Source: a virus. Taken from it: a stretch of DNA of 64,000 nt. The notes under the pieces were generated by a model that saw only the letters and a program-made list of their open reading frames with translations, was not told the origin of the DNA and searched no databases. Where the stretch lies: the IMG/VR virus record IMGVR_UViG_3300027965_000212, positions 2,313 through 66,312 of that record; one strand, written 5' to 3'. This document shows, in pieces, positions 8,518 to 16,379 of the stretch (positions within the stretch are counted from its first letter, which is position 1; every line of letters starts with the position of its first letter). Made by a program: the position numbers and the translations under genes.

Positions 8518-9044
8518 GACGATTGCACATCCCATGTTGACGATCCGCCATAGACGAAGCTCGCGGATTGTTGTTGCTTGTCCATGATGAAATTCGTGTT
8601 GCCGGCGATGTTGTGCGTGGCCGGCGGAACGATGGTCACCTTCGCGGTGTCGAAGTTCTTGGCGACGTCGGAGATGCGGTAGGTCTTTCCGACGACGAGC
8701 GATCCGCTTGCTGCCAGGTTGACCGTCATCGCGGTGACGGCGGCGGTCCGGTTGAGCAGGATGTTCGCATCCGTCACGCAGTCGAGATTGAGCGTTGCGC
8801 TCGAGGTGACGATCCGGGTCGGCGGCAGGAAATTCCCGCCGAGAGCCTGGATTGCAGCGAGCAGCTGCGCGAGATTGCCGTTGCTCGGCGCCAGGCCGGC
8901 CGCCTGGATGACGGCGATAATTTCCCGCTGCGTGTACTCGATCGCTGCCGCCGGGATGATCGAGCCGGCCGTTCCTGTTGCCGGATTCCCGTTTACGTAG
9001 CTCGCGTTCGGATCGGCATTGCCGTAAGGCTGATTGTATTGCAT
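8514..9044 (-). CDS. Tail fibre baseplate-anchoring protein (Mu gp49/S N-terminal-like)
   Basis: QREIIAVIQAAGLAPSNGNLAQLLAAI motif; follows the DUF2313 gene. Confidence 0.75.
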   Translation of the reverse strand: MQYNQPYGNADPNASYVNGNPATGTAGSIIPAAAIEYTQREIIAVIQAAGLAPSNGNLAQLLAAIQALGGNFLPPTRIVTSSATLNLDCVTDANILLNRTAAVTAMTVNLAASGSLVVGKTYRISDVAKNFDTAKVTIVPPATHNIAGNTNFIMDKQQQSASFVYGGSSTWDVQSS

Positions 9045-9055
9045 GCGGCTTCCTT

Positions 9056-9076
9056 GTCCCGCGATTGATCCGGGAC
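9056..9076. repeat. Degenerate REP-like hairpin
   Basis: GTCCCGCGATTGATCCGGGAC, intergenic. Confidence 0.5.
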
Positions 9077-9104
9077 GGTTGCGGGCGATAGAGCTGCAGA
9101 ATTG

Positions 9105-9779
9105 TTACGGCGTGCCGGCCATGGCGCCTTGCGGGCCCGGCGCGTAATCGAAGATCGGTTGCGTGTGTGCCGGCGCCCAGCGGCTGATGCGGCACTGTAG
9201 ATCGGTCGCCTGCGCGATGGTCAGCGAAGGGTCGACCCCGCATTGCCCTGAGCCGCAGCGAATCCAGGAGAGCCGCGTCAGCCCGATGTTGACGTTCCAG
9301 TAGTAGCGGATGGTCGCGGGGCCGAGCTCCCAGCGATAGGTTCCGGCCGGGTTGCGGGTATCGCCGCATTGCGAGAGCCCGCACATATAGGGCGAGTGTT
9401 CGCTGATCGTGATCGCGTAGCCCATCTCCGCCGCGGTCGCGATGAAGAATGCAATTGATTGACCGCCTTGCGTGGTGAGCTTGGCGACCAGCGCTGCTTG
9501 GCGCGCCTGGATCGTGCTGGGCTCCGCCATGCACGGATCCGGCAGCCCGAAATTCCTCTCCCAGTCAGGCAGCAGGTTGACGGTCGACCGCGGATCGCTC
9601 TCGACGGTCAGCAGCAGCGCAGCGGCGGCATCGACATCGCCCCAGATCGCCCCGATGCCGGCGCACCACTTCTGCAGATAGCTGGAGGGATCGCGCGGCC
9701 AGGCCGGACCGTCGGGAAGAAGGTCGCGGTACGCCTGGGCATAGTCGGAGCCCGAATGCGGCACCCACTTGTCGGGCAT
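9105..9779 (-). CDS. Baseplate protein YmfQ/DUF2313 (Mu gp48-like)
   Basis: LLPDGPAWP, LLPDWERNFGLPD, PAHT motifs. Confidence 0.9.
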   Translation of the reverse strand: MPDKWVPHSGSDYAQAYRDLLPDGPAWPRDPSSYLQKWCAGIGAIWGDVDAAAALLLTVESDPRSTVNLLPDWERNFGLPDPCMAEPSTIQARQAALVAKLTTQGGQSIAFFIATAAEMGYAITISEHSPYMCGLSQCGDTRNPAGTYRWELGPATIRYYWNVNIGLTRLSWIRCGSGQCGVDPSLTIAQATDLQCRISRWAPAHTQPIFDYAPGPQGAMAGTP

Positions 9780-9790
9780 TTTCGCTCTCT

Positions 9791-9861
9791 TGTCCCGGCC
9801 TTGAGCCGGGACCGTTTCAGACTGGAATGGTCCCGGCTCGCGCTATTGCGCGTCCGGGACA
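9791..9861. repeat. Two-hairpin REP/BIME-like element
   Basis: Reverse complement aligns with 30214-30299. Confidence 0.75.
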
Positions 9862-9865
9862 GGGA

Positions 9866-10951
9866 TCAGGCCCACGTGATCACGCCCAGCGTCGCCATGT
9901 GCCCGTTATCAGGCTGCACGAAGTCCGACATCGTCAGGTCGAACGACGCCACGCCTTGCGTATAGCGGATTGCGGCGGACACCCATTCGCTGAAAATCGT
10001 CTGCCCGGGTATTGCGACCTCGAACAGCATCGCGCTCACGGACGTCGCTATGGCGGCCTTGACGGCCGTGAGCGTGGTGTTCGCGGCAACCGCCAGGTTC
10101 GCGACCGTGAAGTTCATCGGGTTGGCGACCGGCGCCACGACGAAGAGATCCTGCACCGTGACCGGCCTGACCGTATTGAGATAGGCCGTCACGGCCGCAA
10201 TGTCCGCGGCTTGCGGGAAGCCATTGAATGCCGCCTCGAGCTCGTCGCACATGAAGCGAACCGTCACGGTGCCGATGCCCATCTCCTGCGGATAGCACCA
10301 GGCGCGCGTGACGCCGGCGACGCTCTCGGTCCAGGTCACATAGTCGGCCTGGTCGCCGCCCATAGGCGGCTCCTGGATGCGCTGCAGGAGGCGCGCGAGC
10401 AGCTGCGGATCCGTCTCCGCATCGGTGCCTCCGGTCAGCGTGACGACCGTCGCGCCGGCATCGACGCCCGGAATGGCGATCGCAAGCGTCAGCGTTTCGC
10501 CGGCATCGAGATTGCCTGCTGCGCCTGCGATCGTCGCCCTTATCGTGCAAGCGGTCGCACCTGAAATCACGATGGCTTCGGTCGTTTCATAGCCAATCGC
10601 CGGGGAGCCATAGCCGACGAGCTGCGAGCCGACCGGAACCGGTGTCGTGGCAAGGCCCGTGAATGTCACCGAGCCGCTGGCGTAGGTCGCGGCCTTGCGG
10701 CCTTTGCTGCCGTCCGCATTGGTGAGGAAGATCGTCGCCCAGCGATCGAGGAACTCCGATTCCGCGGTGTCGGGCAGCAGCTGTTTCGCCAGCCAATCCA
10801 GATATCGCAGATTGAGATATGCGAGACCCGCGTTGCCATCCGCCAGCACGCGCGAATTTGAATTCGGCGGCAGCGGCGCGCCGATCTGCGCGGTCACATA
10901 GTCGCGGTTTTGCTGACGGACCTGCGTCAGCGTCTGCGTGTTCCAGGGCAT
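9866..10951 (-). CDS. Baseplate J-like wedge protein (Mu gp47-like)
   Basis: LLPDTAESEFLDRW, GGTDAETD, PPMGGDQADYVTW, GVTRAW. Confidence 0.93.
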   Translation of the reverse strand: MPWNTQTLTQVRQQNRDYVTAQIGAPLPPNSNSRVLADGNAGLAYLNLRYLDWLAKQLLPDTAESEFLDRWATIFLTNADGSKGRKAATYASGSVTFTGLATTPVPVGSQLVGYGSPAIGYETTEAIVISGATACTIRATIAGAAGNLDAGETLTLAIAIPGVDAGATVVTLTGGTDAETDPQLLARLLQRIQEPPMGGDQADYVTWTESVAGVTRAWCYPQEMGIGTVTVRFMCDELEAAFNGFPQAADIAAVTAYLNTVRPVTVQDLFVVAPVANPMNFTVANLAVAANTTLTAVKAAIATSVSAMLFEVAIPGQTIFSEWVSAAIRYTQGVASFDLTMSDFVQPDNGHMATLGVITWA

Positions 10952-10958
10952 CGGAGAC

Positions 10959-11954
10959 CTAGTTCAGGATCGCCGCGAAAGCGTGCCCGGTCGTCGCGCC
11001 CATCACGGTGATGGAGTCCTGCAGGACCACATCGCCGGATTTGCAGTTGAAGGTGCCGCCGGCGTTAAGAGTGAACGGCTGCGTCATGCTGCCAAACTTC
11101 ACATTGAGAATTTCGGTTGCCGTGGCGGGATTATGGATCATGCAGCCCTTGCGGGTCATCGAAGCGGCGGCAAGCGTCTGATAGCTCCCGCCTGTTGCGA
11201 TGGTCCCGCTTGCGTCCGTCGAGGTGACGCCCTGCGCCGAGGTCATCGCCGTATTGGTGACCTTCACGGATCCGGCAAATCGCGTGAAGGCCATGGTCAC
11301 GACAGCGCTTCCTGAGCCGAATGCAGTCGCCCGTAGCCGGACATTGGTCGCGCCGGCGACCTCGCATTCCAGCATTCCGTTTGCCGTGATGGAGCTCACC
11401 AGGTTAACGATCGCGGGGGCGCCGTTGACGTGGCAGCCCATCGCCCCATAGGTCGTCCCGCCGTCGATCGACTGCTCGAGCGCGAGCGTCGCGCCGGACC
11501 ATGTTCCGGACACCTGTATGCGCGCGGTCGAGGTTCCGTTCACCGCTTGAGTAACGGACGAATTCGCTGACGGCGTGCCGGTGACGATGTTGGAGCCGCC
11601 CTGCCCTGTCGTCGTGACAGAAGCGGAATCGACCGCCGAGATGTTGCCGGTCGATGGACGCACGTCCGGATCGCTCGGCCCCACGATAGGCAGCGAGGCG
11701 CTCTTGGTCTGCTGCCCCGCCGAGAGCGTCGCGTTGTTGAGCTCGAGATTGAAGAACTGCGGATTGGCTTGATTGAACGGATTTCCGCTCGCATCCGATG
11801 GCGAGACTTGCTGCTCCTGATTGCCTCCGATATTGAGGCTCAGGAACGAAATCGGGTTGCGGTTGCCGTCGAGCGCGGCCCAGTTCGCCAGCGCCGGGAT
11901 GCCAGCGCCGAGAACAAGGCAGATCGATGGGACGATGAGGCTGCGCAGCTTCAT
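10959..11954 (-). CDS. Exported beta-rich protein inserted between baseplate genes; paralogous to 21624-23267
   Basis: Signal peptide MKLRSLIVPSICLVLGAGIPALA; ATGA-coupled to gp46; SIDGGTTY Asp-box. Confidence 0.75.
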   Translation of the reverse strand: MKLRSLIVPSICLVLGAGIPALANWAALDGNRNPISFLSLNIGGNQEQQVSPSDASGNPFNQANPQFFNLELNNATLSAGQQTKSASLPIVGPSDPDVRPSTGNISAVDSASVTTTGQGGSNIVTGTPSANSSVTQAVNGTSTARIQVSGTWSGATLALEQSIDGGTTYGAMGCHVNGAPAIVNLVSSITANGMLECEVAGATNVRLRATAFGSGSAVVTMAFTRFAGSVKVTNTAMTSAQGVTSTDASGTIATGGSYQTLAAASMTRKGCMIHNPATATEILNVKFGSMTQPFTLNAGGTFNCKSGDVVLQDSITVMGATTGHAFAAILN

Positions 11955-12556
11955 CCGAGCGCTCCATACATGGAATTGTCAGGATCGGAGTAGTCGAGCG
12001 CCGGCGGTACCGGCGGGAACGCAAGCACAACAGGAGAAGCAGAGAGCTCGCTCCAGAGCATCTGATACTGGAGCGAGATTTCAGGCAGCGGTCCGCGGTA
12101 GAGCGTCACTTGCACATCGACACGCGAAGCATTGACCTGCATCAGCGATACGGAAAACTGCGAGATGATCTTGTTGTCGACGAACGGCTGCAGGCACTCG
12201 TTGACGTAGGCTTGTGCTTTGGCGAGGGTCGAACCTGCGGCAGCGGTTGAATCCGTGATCTTGTCGCGGCTCATCAACCAGAGGCGGACGCCGATCGGCC
12301 AGCCGCCCCACAGATCCGCCGCGCTGTCGTCACCCCACCAGCCGCGGCGATCGCTCGACCCGGGGATCGGCAGATTGTCCGAAGCATCGGCCAGGCGATC
12401 GGTGCCGAGGGCGATCGTAACAGCTGTTACCAACGCCTGGGTTTCGTCGAGGCCATTCTGCGATGGAACAAGGGCCGTCGTGCTCTTGATCCAATCGAGC
12501 GTGACGGCCTCTTGCCCGCCGAGCTGGCCGACCTGGACGATGCGAATGTCAGGCAT
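11951..12556 (-). CDS. Mu gp46-like baseplate protein
   Basis: ALGTDRLA, RRGWWGD, GVRLWL. Confidence 0.9.
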   Translation of the reverse strand: MPDIRIVQVGQLGGQEAVTLDWIKSTTALVPSQNGLDETQALVTAVTIALGTDRLADASDNLPIPGSSDRRGWWGDDSAADLWGGWPIGVRLWLMSRDKITDSTAAAGSTLAKAQAYVNECLQPFVDNKIISQFSVSLMQVNASRVDVQVTLYRGPLPEISLQYQMLWSELSASPVVLAFPPVPPALDYSDPDNSMYGALG

Positions 12557-12634
12557 TTTTACTTCATTTTCCGCTTGACGGCTTTGAATAACGGTCTGCT
12601 AGGCTCCGCGCCTTTTTCGAACCAGGAGCTATTA

Positions 12635-12796
12635 ATGATCGAATTGTTGAAGCAGAAGCTTTCTATGCAGTGGCTACTTTTCGCACTCTTCCGACGCGGG
12701 AAGGGACCCGATCCCAAGGAAGTCGCGCAATTGACAATGCGTGAACGGCTTGACCGCCTTTATAAGAGCCTCGGCTGGGGCGAGGATCGCAAGTAA
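12635..12796 (+). CDS. 53-aa antisense moron with own promoter
   Basis: TTGACG (12575-80), GCTAGGCT near 12598, AGGAG SD, lower GC. Confidence 0.55.
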   Translation: MIELLKQKLSMQWLLFALFRRGKGPDPKEVAQLTMRERLDRLYKSLGWGEDRK

Positions 12797-12814
12797 CACA
12801 CGGTTCTCTGAGCT

Positions 12815-12830
12815 TGCGCCAATTGGCGCA
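12815..12830. repeat. 16-bp palindrome copy 2 (intergenic)
   Basis: TGCGCCAATTGGCGCA. Confidence 0.95.
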
Positions 12831-12833
12831 GGC

Positions 12834-13481
12834 TCAGGTCCCTGGAGTGGGCGCCGCGGTCGAACCGGCGCCGGCCGCTACGCCGCCATGCATGTGCGTC
12901 TGGACGCCAACTTGGCTACCGGTGCCCTTACCGGCGATCACATCGCCGCTGGTCTCGAAGTTTCCGGCATAGATGCCGCCGCCAATGGCCGTGATCGCAC
13001 CGCTGATCTGTACGCCGCCATTGACGATCAGGTTTCCGGTTACGGTGACGCCTGTCGACGACACCTCGAGCGAAACAGATCCAACTTGCACCGTGACCGG
13101 CAGATCACTTCCGCCGCCGAGGATCTTGATGCCGGCGCGGCTGATGTAGATCTGCTGCCCTTGGTCGTCGTAAAGCGAACTCTCGCCAGGCTGCAGGTTC
13201 TTGACTCGATAGCGGCGATCATCGGCCCGAATGATGATCGGATGCGAGCGGTTGCCGTTGACGAAGACCGCGACGATCTCCGCCGTCCCGTTCGAATCCG
13301 CAGGCTTCGGAACGCTGGTGAAGCCGTAATCCTGGAAGCGTTCGGCGCCGGCGAGGACCTCGTCATGCAGCAGGCGCACATCCGCCGTCTGCATCTTGAG
13401 CGCATCGTTGACGCGGGTAAGAGTGCCGCGCGCGATGGCGAGAAAGGAACGACCAGCAGTCGTAACGGCAGACAACCGCAT
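12834..13481 (-). CDS. Baseplate spike (Mu gp45-like)
   Basis: ERFQDYGFTSVP, DDRRYR..LQPGE...YD, C-terminal HxH (THMHGGV). Confidence 0.92.
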   Translation of the reverse strand: MRLSAVTTAGRSFLAIARGTLTRVNDALKMQTADVRLLHDEVLAGAERFQDYGFTSVPKPADSNGTAEIVAVFVNGNRSHPIIIRADDRRYRVKNLQPGESSLYDDQGQQIYISRAGIKILGGGSDLPVTVQVGSVSLEVSSTGVTVTGNLIVNGGVQISGAITAIGGGIYAGNFETSGDVIAGKGTGSQVGVQTHMHGGVAAGAGSTAAPTPGT

Positions 13482-13526
13482 TTTTCAGGGTCGCCCTTGA
13501 GAGGACATTCTGATACTGAGCTCACC

Positions 13527-14309
13527 ATGACTGACTTGTTCGATAGCCCAATGCAGATGCTTGGCTGGGCGCAGCGCCGCATCGATGACCTGGAAAAGGA
13601 AATCGATCGCTTTTCGAATGCGCGCCCGTGGACCTTCGTTCGAGAGAGAGATGACGATGGCGTCATAGATGCATTAAAGGTGAAATTCTCCAGCCGCCTT
13701 TCGAATGACATTCCCCACATCATCTTCGATGCGGTCAACCATCTACGGTCGGCATTGGATCAAACTGCGCACGCCATCGCTGTTCGTCACACCGGCAAGG
13801 CCCGACCGAAGCATGCGAAGTTTCCTTTCGGCCAGACCGAGCAGGAGATGGTCAATGACGCCAACGGTCGATGCAAGGATCTACCGACAGAGGTCACCTC
13901 GATTTTCAGATCTTTCAAGCCCTACAAGTCAGGGAATGTCGTCCTTTGGGCACTAAACGAGCTTGCAAATACACCAAAGCACAAGACCATCTATCCAGTA
14001 AGCCTCAGTGGGCTTTCTACACTCATCCGCCCTAATGGGCTTAAGATCGAGATGAGGCCCAACGAGAGATTTGAATTATTTCCTCCGCGATGGGATGCGG
14101 ACAAATACGAGCTGATACTCGGCTACGTCCCCTCGCGCATCTCGTTCCCGGAAGACTTGGAAGTCACATTTACCGTAGCGCTCGACGAGGTCGACGAGGT
14201 TATTCGAGGACCGAACCCCGCCGCCGTCCTCAGGCGCATGGCTGAAGAGGTCAAAGCCGTGCTAGATGCCGCCGAGCAAACATGTCGATGCATCGGCCTG
14301 ATGAAATAG
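13527..14309 (+). CDS. Antisense moron, hypothetical (possibly HEPN-like)
   Basis: DAVNHLRSALD, FPF, LNELANTPKH; lower GC, opposite strand. Confidence 0.7.
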   Translation: MTDLFDSPMQMLGWAQRRIDDLEKEIDRFSNARPWTFVRERDDDGVIDALKVKFSSRLSNDIPHIIFDAVNHLRSALDQTAHAIAVRHTGKARPKHAKFPFGQTEQEMVNDANGRCKDLPTEVTSIFRSFKPYKSGNVVLWALNELANTPKHKTIYPVSLSGLSTLIRPNGLKIEMRPNERFELFPPRWDADKYELILGYVPSRISFPEDLEVTFTVALDEVDEVIRGPNPAAVLRRMAEEVKAVLDAAEQTCRCIGLMK

Positions 14310-14316
14310 ACGCCAG

Positions 14317-15447
14317 CTAGCTATCCGGCTGATCCGGCCGCGCGGGCGCCGACGGCGTATCCTGCCCATAGGAAGGCTCACCCTGCAGGACATTTGCCGA
14401 AATCGGCGTTGTCGAGAAAGCCAGCGCATTCTCGGTGCAGAGGTCGATGGTCGTTCGGGATCCTGCGTTCGACTGCGAATAGATCACCTCTCGCGAGGCC
14501 AGAACGCGGTCGAGATCGAGCATCGGGCTCTTGACCGTGTAGCGCTTACCCACATCCCAGAGCGTTCCGGGCGCCGATTGCCAGCCTTGCATGACGCATC
14601 GGCAATCGACGATGTCGGTCGCGTTGTAGGCCATCTCGTGGTTCGCCCGGGCAGCCGCGTCCTGCGGACTGCCCGGCTCTTCCATGACGATGATCGAGCG
14701 CCGGCCGGCGCGCACATTCGGATTGGTGACGGTCGCAGAGACATCGCGTGCTGCGTCGCCATTGGTGTGATCATCACCGGGCCGCTGCCCGACGATATTC
14801 ACGATGTTGAATGACCGCGAGCCGTCGATGCTCGCGCGCGCCGACACGATATTCTTCCCCTCGACTAGCTCGCCGGCGAGCGCCTGGGTCGGATCATACG
14901 GCTCGGCGATCAGGTTTCCGTTGCCATCGTCCGTGATGTGCAGGCCGCGCAGCCGCGCCAGGCGCTCGATCGCCCGAAAGACCGTCTCCCCGTACGCGAC
15001 CGAGAACTGCGGGAACGGCGTCGCCAGATTTGGCGACGATCCCCTGACCACCAGGTTGACGCCGGCGCTTTGCGCCAAGGCTGAGGCGATCGCCTGGAAC
15101 GTATAGCCCTTGTATTGACCGCCGTTGATCACCGCCGATGAATCGACGGCATCCGCCGTGAGGCTCCGGCCAGCCACCATGAGCCCATGCCGATCGGCAT
15201 CGAAGGATCCCTGGCGCACAAACACATAACCGGTGAACGCCAGGATCCCGGCAAGCGTGATCGTGCACTGATCGCCAGGTTTGATGCGCCAGGCCTGGAA
15301 GTTGGCGTCGCCGTCGAGCGGCTCCGCCGCAGTGAACTCGAAATCCGAACATGCCCCACCATAGAGGCGACGAAGCGTGACCGAGGTCCAGCCCGAATAG
15401 GCCCGGCCGTTGACGGAAAGGACGGCGGTTTCGGAGGGGGACGGCAT
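14317..15447 (-). CDS. Baseplate hub/tail protein (Mu gp44/gpP-like)
   Basis: YSGWTSV, GRSLTADAVDSS, GETVFRAIERLAR. Confidence 0.9.
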   Translation of the reverse strand: MPSPSETAVLSVNGRAYSGWTSVTLRRLYGGACSDFEFTAAEPLDGDANFQAWRIKPGDQCTITLAGILAFTGYVFVRQGSFDADRHGLMVAGRSLTADAVDSSAVINGGQYKGYTFQAIASALAQSAGVNLVVRGSSPNLATPFPQFSVAYGETVFRAIERLARLRGLHITDDGNGNLIAEPYDPTQALAGELVEGKNIVSARASIDGSRSFNIVNIVGQRPGDDHTNGDAARDVSATVTNPNVRAGRRSIIVMEEPGSPQDAAARANHEMAYNATDIVDCRCVMQGWQSAPGTLWDVGKRYTVKSPMLDLDRVLASREVIYSQSNAGSRTTIDLCTENALAFSTTPISANVLQGEPSYGQDTPSAPARPDQPDS

Positions 15448-15536
15448 CGCGGATACGGAGTCTTGCAACCGCAGGCGGCGAGGGTGCAGAATAAAATCTT
15501 AACTTTTCGGGGGGAGCTTCGAACGCTGTGCGATCG

Positions 15537-16379
15537 ATGTCCTATTTAGCGCTGCCTTACATCCGGCGCGAGTTGCCCGGATGGGGCGCCATTTTCCGCC
15601 ACTGTGTCGGTGACTACCGTTGTGACGAACAATGGTACGGAAGAAAGAGAACTGTTGTCGATAAGATCACCGGCTATGAGCTCGATCTGAACCTCGGATC
15701 GTGGTCGGACCGGATGACCTATTTCCTTGGCCGCTGGTATGACCTCGGTGCACAGCTGGTCATCAGGGAGCACATCCGTCCCGGCGATGTCGTTGTGGAT
15801 GTCGGCGCCAATCGCGGCATGTTCGCCTTAAATGCTGCGCATCAGGTTGGGCCGGGTGGCCGTGTCATCTGCTTCGAACCAAATCCAGCCTGCGCTTCGA
15901 TGTTCCGACACGCCGTCGCGCGAAATTGCATTTCGCAGATCGAAATTCATCAGAACGGTCTTTCCGATAGCGAGGAGAACCGCGATCTGTTCTTGCCTCC
16001 GGGCGGTGACGTGCTGGGCACTTTCGCGGCCTATCGAGAGGAAGGGGAGCGGGCAGTTCCATGTCGCCTGCTTGTCGGCGACAAGGCCCTGTCAGGAATT
16101 GCCCCCAACTTCATCAAGATCGACGTCGAGGGCTTCGAGGAGCATGTGATCCGCGGGCTCCAGTCGACAATTAGAGAGCACCATCCGACGATCTACATGG
16201 AGTGTGTAGAGCGTCACCTCCTTCGGGCCGGATCATCGATTGCCGCGATGATGGCGCTAATGGAGAGCCTCGGCTATTCCGGAAAGCGGGTGGCGTATAG
16301 CGGGAGGCATCCGACGCATTGCGAATACCTGCCGATCGATGGACGCAATTGCGATACGCTTTGGCTCTATGCGGCCTGA
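15537..16379 (+). CDS. FkbM-family SAM methyltransferase (antisense moron)
   Basis: VVDVGANRG, FEPNP, FIKIDVEGFEEHVIRG. Confidence 0.92.
   Translation: MSYLALPYIRRELPGWGAIFRHCVGDYRCDEQWYGRKRTVVDKITGYELDLNLGSWSDRMTYFLGRWYDLGAQLVIREHIRPGDVVVDVGANRGMFALNAAHQVGPGGRVICFEPNPACASMFRHAVARNCISQIEIHQNGLSDSEENRDLFLPPGGDVLGTFAAYREEGERAVPCRLLVGDKALSGIAPNFIKIDVEGFEEHVIRGLQSTIREHHPTIYMECVERHLLRAGSSIAAMMALMESLGYSGKRVAYSGRHPTHCEYLPIDGRNCDTLWLYAA

Noticed and set aside
12741-13526. N-terminal half of the 522-aa ORF
   Set aside because: Antisense to gp45; the real gene most likely starts at 13527
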